Shown here piece by piece: positions 7,428-11,163 of a stretch of DNA of 11,163 bases. Under the pieces are notes generated by a model. The model was not told the origin of the DNA. It made no database searches and saw only the letters and a list, made by a program, of their open reading frames with translations. Made by a program: the position numbers and the translations under genes. This DNA comes from Candidatus Methylomirabilia bacterium (lineage in GTDB: Bacteria; Methylomirabilota; Methylomirabilia; Rokubacteriales; CSP1-6). The stretch's first letter is position 1. Every line of letters starts with the position of its first letter. The stretch lies in the NCBI GenBank assembly GCA_041492755.1, contig JBGPXN010000154.1, positions 1-11,163 of the forward strand, written 5' to 3'.

Positions 7428-8600
7428 TCACTTCGAGCGCAGGCGGCCGAAGAAGTCGTGCATGCGCTCGAGGGCGCGGCGGAGGTTGGCCTCCGAGCTC
7501 GCGTACGACAGGCGCAGGTAACCCTCGCCGTGCTCGCCGAACGCGGTGCCCGCGAGCAAGGCCACCCCGGCCTCGTCGAGCAGGCGCTCGGCGATCTCGG
7601 CCGACCGGCGCCCCGTCCCCGTGACGTTGGGAAAGACGTAGAAGGCGCCGCGCGGCACGATGCACTTCACGCCGGGCAGCGTGTTGAGACCGGCCACGAT
7701 GAGATCGCGGCGGCGCTTGAACTCCGCCACCATCTCGGCGACCGGTGTCTGGTCGCCTTGCAGCGCGGCGATGCCGGCGAGCTGCACGAACGACGCCGTG
7801 CACGAGTTCGAGTTCACCATCAACCGCGTGACGTGCTCGGCGAGCGCGGTCGGCATCACGCCGTAGCCGAGGCGCCAGCCCGTCATCGCGTAGGTCTTCG
7901 AGAAGCCGTCCAGGATGATCGTGCGCTCGTGCATCCCCGGGAAGCCCGAGATCGAGACGAAGTCGCCCTCGTACAGGAAGTAGCGGTAGATCTCGTCGCT
8001 CAACACGGGGATGTCGCGGGCCACCGCGATGGCGGCGACGCGCTCCAGCGCGCGCGCGTCGAGCACCCCGCCCGTCGGGTTGCCCGGTGAATTGATGATG
8101 ATGAGCCGCGTGCGATCGGTCACGCTCCGCTCGAAGAGGTCCAGATCGAAACTGAAGCCGGTGTCCTCGCGGAGCGGCACGGGCACCGCCCGGGCCCCGA
8201 CGAAATTGATCACGGATTCGTAGATCGGAAACCCCGGGTTCGGGTAGATCACCTCGTCGCCTTGCCCCGCGAGCGCCATGATCGTGAAGAACATGATGGG
8301 CTTGCCGCCCGGGGTCACCACGACCTCCTCGGGCGCCACCGGCACGCCGCGTGTCTCCCCCACGTGCTTGGCGATCGCCTCGCGCACTTCGGGCAGACCG
8401 GCCGACGGGCCGTAGTGGGTGGCGCCCGCGTCCAGCGCCTGCTTGGCGGCGTCCTTGATGTGCTTCGGCGTGTCGAAGTCCGGCTCGCCGATCTCGAGGT
8501 GGATGATGTCGCGCCCCTGCCGCTCGAGCGCGCGAGCGCGCGCGAGCACCTCGAAGGCGCTTTCGGTGCCGAGTCGGGCCATGCGGGGCGCGAGCTTCAT
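7428..8600 (-). CDS. Class I/II PLP-dependent aminotransferase (aspartate aminotransferase-like)
   Basis: IGEPDFDTP, INSPGNPTG, SDEIY, GFSKTYAMTGWRLG, GAFYVF and YLRLSY motifs. SD GGAGGAG just upstream of the ATG. Confidence 0.96.
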   Translation of the reverse strand: MKLAPRMARLGTESAFEVLARARALERQGRDIIHLEIGEPDFDTPKHIKDAAKQALDAGATHYGPSAGLPEVREAIAKHVGETRGVPVAPEEVVVTPGGKPIMFFTIMALAGQGDEVIYPNPGFPIYESVINFVGARAVPVPLREDTGFSFDLDLFERSVTDRTRLIIINSPGNPTGGVLDARALERVAAIAVARDIPVLSDEIYRYFLYEGDFVSISGFPGMHERTIILDGFSKTYAMTGWRLGYGVMPTALAEHVTRLMVNSNSCTASFVQLAGIAALQGDQTPVAEMVAEFKRRRDLIVAGLNTLPGVKCIVPRGAFYVFPNVTGTGRRSAEIAERLLDEAGVALLAGTAFGEHGEGYLRLSYASSEANLRRALERMHDFFGRLRSK

Positions 8601-8624
8601 GGTCTCCTCCTGAGAGATCGATGC

Positions 8625-8632
8625 ATTATAAG
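8625..8632. promoter_or_regulatory. Probable overlapping divergent -10 elements
   Basis: ATTATAAG: perfect TATAAT on the minus strand (8625-8630) toward the aminotransferase, and imperfect TATAAG on the plus strand (8627-8632), 6 nt before GTG 8639. Confidence 0.55.
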
Positions 8633-8638
8633 AGCACC

Positions 8639-9274
8639 GTGGACTTCGTAGAGGTGGCCGCCGGGCCGTTCCTCATGGGCTGGTCGGCCGGACTGCCGGA
8701 TGAGACACCGCCACACGACGTCTGGCTCGACGCCTTCCTCATTGCACGCACGCCGATCACCAATGCCGAGTTCGCGCCCTATCTCACGGCAACCGGTGCG
8801 CCCGCCCCCGCATTCTGGGGCCGACCCGGCTTCGACGACCCGCGGCAGCCCGTGGTCGGTCTCGCGCGGGACGAAGCCGTCGCGTTCGCGACGTGGGCCG
8901 ACGCGCGGCTGCCCACGGAGGCCGAGTGGGAGAAAGCCGCGCGCGGCGGTCTGGTCGGCGCCACGTTCCCGTGGGGCGAGGAACTCCCGGTCGAGCGATT
9001 CACCCGACCACCGATGGTAGGCAGCACGCTCGCCAACCCGCTGGGACTCACGGACCTCTCAGGCGTGTGTCACGAGTGGTGCACCGACTGGCACGACGGC
9101 GGCTACTACGCCCGGTCCCCCGCCCGCAACCCGCGCGGTCCGGATACCGGCACGCGCCGCGTCAGCCGCGGCGGCGCCTGGCGCCACGCCAATCCCTGGA
9201 GCCCCGTCGCCCACCGCTCGTCCTTGCCACCGCATCTCCGCTATTCGGACTATGGGGTGAGACTCGCGCGATAG
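8639..9274 (+). CDS. FGE-sulfatase domain protein (SUMF1/EgtB/PvdO family), stand-alone
   Basis: GPFLMG, E.P.H.V.LD.F.I...PITNAEF, QPVV, RLPTEAEWEKAARGG, FPWG, EWC.DW, RGGAW and GVRLAR motifs. GTG 8639 is preferred over ATG 8621, which would lie across the promoter. Confidence 0.9.
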   Translation: MDFVEVAAGPFLMGWSAGLPDETPPHDVWLDAFLIARTPITNAEFAPYLTATGAPAPAFWGRPGFDDPRQPVVGLARDEAVAFATWADARLPTEAEWEKAARGGLVGATFPWGEELPVERFTRPPMVGSTLANPLGLTDLSGVCHEWCTDWHDGGYYARSPARNPRGPDTGTRRVSRGGAWRHANPWSPVAHRSSLPPHLRYSDYGVRLAR

Positions 9275-9280
9275 CGGACG

Positions 9281-9386
9281 GCGATCGAGCGGCGGCTTCG
9301 CCGCCGCAATCCGCGGGGGAGGTCTCGGAGGGGGCCGTCGAGGCCCCCTCCGACGAGGATGGGGGGGGCAAAGCCCCCCTCCGAGT
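9281..9386 (+). repeat. Hairpin-rich repeat element, copy A
   Basis: gcggcggc-ttc-gccgccgc (9289-9307), tcggagggggcc-gtcga-ggccccctccga (9325-9353), ggggggc-aaa-gcccccc. Similar to the reverse complement of 10349-10455. Confidence 0.75.
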
Positions 9387-9394
9387 GATACTAT
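9386..9394 (+). promoter_or_regulatory. Extended -10 (TGaTACTAT)
   Basis: TG-n-TACTAT, 9 nt before ATG 9404, no SD. Confidence 0.6.
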
Positions 9395-9403
9395 GACGCC
9401 GCC

Positions 9404-10348
9404 ATGACCGGGCCCGGTCGCTCAGTGGTGAGAGAGGGCATCGTCGCCGGCATCATCGGAGCGGCGGTCGTTGCGGTCTGGTTCCTCGCCTTCGACATCG
9501 CCCGCGGCAAGCCCCTCCTGACGCCGAGCCTGCTGGGCGCCGCGGTCTTCTACGGCGTCAACACTCCCATCGGCCTCAACATCTCCATCGGCGCGATCCT
9601 CGGCTACACGCTCGTCCACGGGCTGGCCTTCATCGCGTTCGGGCTGGTGGCGGCAACCGTGATCAATTTCGCCGAGCGGGAGCCGAGCCTCATCATCGCG
9701 GTCGTCATCGTGTTCGCCGCGTTCGAGATGTTCTTCCTCGGCGTGGTCGGTGCGCTCGGGCGTTCGGTGCTCGGCGCCCTCGTGTGGTGGTCGATCCTCG
9801 TCGGCAACCTGCTCGCGGCCGTCGCCATGCTGATCTACTTCCTCAAGCAGCACCCCAGCTTGCCCCGCCGCTTCGTGGGCTCCTGGTGGGGAATCCTGCG
9901 CGAGGGGATCGTGGCGGGCATCCTGGGCGCGGCCGCCGTCGCGATCTGGTTCTTGATCATCGACGGCGTGCAGGGCCAGCTGCTCCGAACGCCGCGTCTG
10001 CTCGGCGGCGCGTTCCTCGCGCGCTTCGCCGGCGACGTCCCCGTGGTGCCGGTGTACACGATAGCCCACGGCCTGATGTTCATCCTCTTCGGCATCATCG
10101 CCGCGGCCATGATCGCGGGGGCCGAGCGCGCGCCGATGTTCATCTTCCCCGTCATCATCCTCTTCACCGCCTTCGAGGTGTTCTTCTTCGCGGGCATCGT
10201 GGTGGGCGCCTCGTGGATCCTGGACGAGCTGGCGGCGTGGACGATCCTGATCGGCAACCTCCTCGCCGCCGCGGTCATGCTGACGTACTTCTTCCGCAGC
10301 CACGCGTCGCTCAGGCACCGACTCGCCGAGGCCTGGGACGAAGAATGA
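9404..10348 (+). CDS. Polytopic membrane protein of unknown function with an internal tandem duplication
   Basis: 314 aa, about 8 hydrophobic segments, strong GC3 codon bias. Two homologous halves offset by 156 aa. Confidence 0.9.
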   Translation: MTGPGRSVVREGIVAGIIGAAVVAVWFLAFDIARGKPLLTPSLLGAAVFYGVNTPIGLNISIGAILGYTLVHGLAFIAFGLVAATVINFAEREPSLIIAVVIVFAAFEMFFLGVVGALGRSVLGALVWWSILVGNLLAAVAMLIYFLKQHPSLPRRFVGSWWGILREGIVAGILGAAAVAIWFLIIDGVQGQLLRTPRLLGGAFLARFAGDVPVVPVYTIAHGLMFILFGIIAAAMIAGAERAPMFIFPVIILFTAFEVFFFAGIVVGASWILDELAAWTILIGNLLAAAVMLTYFFRSHASLRHRLAEAWDEE

Positions 10349-10455
10349 ACTCGAAGGGGGCCTCGACGGCCCCCTTCCGACCTCCGGGGCCTGACGGCCC
10401 CTTCGCTGCCTCCCCCAAGAACAGGGTTGCGCGGGCGAAGCCCGCGCTCGAGCGC
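10349..10455 (-). repeat. Hairpin-rich repeat element, copy B (inverted relative to copy A)
   Basis: Reverse complement reads gcgctcgagcgcgggcttcgcccgcgcaaccc...gggggagg...gaagggggccgtcgaggcccccttcgagt, matching gcgatcgagcggcggcttcgccgccgcaatcc...gggggagg...ggagggggccgtcgaggccccctccga of copy A. Confidence 0.75.
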
Positions 10456-10510
10456 CCCTCCCGACCCTGGCGTCACGGTTCGAACTCGACCGAGGCGGAT
10501 GGCATTTCGT

Positions 10511-10693
10511 GCTGATATGTTTCGGCGCGCCGCTACCTACGTGGACAGGATTCTCAAGGGTACGAAGCCCGGCGACCTGCCCGTCGAACAGCCCACGAAG
10601 TTCGAGCTGGTCATCAACCTCAAAGCCGCCAAGGCTCTCGGCCTGACCATCCCGCAGTCGGTGCTGGCGCGGGCGGACCAAGTCGTCGAGTGA
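10511..10693 (+). pseudogene. C-terminal fragment of an ABC transporter substrate-binding protein (ABC_sub_bind type)
   Basis: [60 protein letters not shown] is the characteristic family C-terminus. The upstream part of the protein is absent. Confidence 0.88.
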
Positions 10694-10705
10694 TGAACAC
10701 AGAAA

Positions 10706-10757
10706 GCGTTGAATGCCATACTGAATGAAGCAGGCTGGCCTCAAGAAGGAGAAGTGA
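10706..10757 (+). pseudogene. hicA: 3' remnant of a HicA toxin gene
   Basis: Removing one copy of the tandem TGAA (10722-10729) gives ALNAILKQAGLKKEK*, a typical HicA C-terminus, ending 2 nt before hicB. Confidence 0.7.
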
Positions 10758-10759
10758 CG

Positions 10760-10984
10760 ATGGCGATGACGCGCTATATGGTGGTGGTCGAGCGCGGGGA
10801 AACGAGTTGGGGAGCGCATGTGCCCGATCTGCCAGGCTGCGTCGCGGTCGGGGAGACTCGTGAGGAAGTGTTACGCCTTATCCGCGAGGCTATCGAGTTC
10901 CACATCGACGGCCTGAGGCAGGACGGGCTACCCGTGCCGACACCGACTTCAGAGGGAGAGTTCGTCGAGGTCGGGGCCGCGTAA
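10760..10984 (+). CDS. hicB: HicB family antitoxin (short form)
   Basis: YMVVVE.GE.SWGAHVPDLPGCVAVGETREE....IREAIEFHIDGL...G.PVP.P. SD AGGAG at 10747-10751, 8 nt before ATG 10760. Confidence 0.92.
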   Translation: MAMTRYMVVVERGETSWGAHVPDLPGCVAVGETREEVLRLIREAIEFHIDGLRQDGLPVPTPTSEGEFVEVGAA

Positions 10985-11025
10985 TTTCGGCATTCAAGCC
11001 GACGGCCTGCGGCCACGCCCTCGGA

Positions 11026-11163
11026 TTACCAGACGGCCTCCGGCAGCGGGAGTCTCTCGAACGCTTGCACCGGCAGCGGCGCGGACGGCGTGACGCCGAG
11101 GCGGTCGGCGAGGACGTAGAGCTGGCGGAGGTGCTGGGCGGCGTGCCACGCGGTGCGTTCCAG
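11026..11163 (-). CDS. 3' end of a DinB/YfiT-superfamily protein (partial)
   Basis: Manual translation: LERTAWHAAQHLRQLYVLADRLGVTPSAPLPVQAFERLPLPEAVW*. HxxxH..Q helix typical of the DinB C-terminus. TAA at 11026-11028. Confidence 0.7.
   Translation of the reverse strand: MERTAWHAAQHLRQLYVLADRLGVTPSAPLPVQAFERLPLPEAVW

Noticed and set aside
9281..9386. CRISPR array or rho-independent terminators among the hairpin clusters
   Set aside because: No regularly spaced direct repeats with unique spacers, no cas genes, and no U-tracts after the stems.
10427..10510. N-terminal part of the 88-aa ORF as a real protein start
   Set aside because: Begins inside the repeat element, and homology to the substrate-binding family only starts at about 10511.
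1559..10693. Genome-wide UGA reassignment (Trp/Gly) as the explanation for the in-frame TGAs
   Set aside because: TGA is a normal stop at family-typical ends of several genes here (1559, 1978, 5254, 7428, 10348), and Trp is encoded by TGG.
8639..11163. Ergothioneine/selenoneine pathway (split EgtB/SenA from the FGE gene plus the DinB gene)
   Set aside because: The two genes are ~1.7 kb apart on opposite strands, and no methyltransferase, SenB or SelD gene is in the window.

Overview
High-GC bacterial window. The GC-rich intergenic hairpin repeats and the ABC substrate-binding remnant suggest Rokubacteria/Methylomirabilota, which is an inference only. Main result: the ORF track splits two adjacent, translationally coupled genes at in-frame TGA codons that sit exactly at catalytic Cys positions, each followed by a SECIS-like hairpin whose loop starts after 17 nt. 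They are best read as two selenoproteins: a two-thioredoxin-fold disulfide oxidoreductase (5254-5913, UPHC) and a signal-peptide-bearing, Cys-free peroxiredoxin (4691-5257, TGGU). They lie in a minus-strand run: class I/II aminotransferase, degenerate ThDP-enzyme homologue, the two selenoproteins, gamma-glutamylcyclotransferase, class III aminotransferase, small membrane protein, DCC thiol-disulfide protein, then a separately promoted antitoxin/PIN toxin pair. The left 1.4 kb is decayed DNA: a frameshifted DUF222/HNH gene abutting a collapsed type I R-M locus (hsdM, possible hsdS tail, MNT and hsdR fragments). The right side has an FGE-sulfatase-domain gene, an internally duplicated membrane protein flanked by two inverted copies of a hairpin repeat, an ABC substrate-binding fragment, a hicA remnant plus hicB with a possible half attC, and the 3' end of a DinB-like gene.
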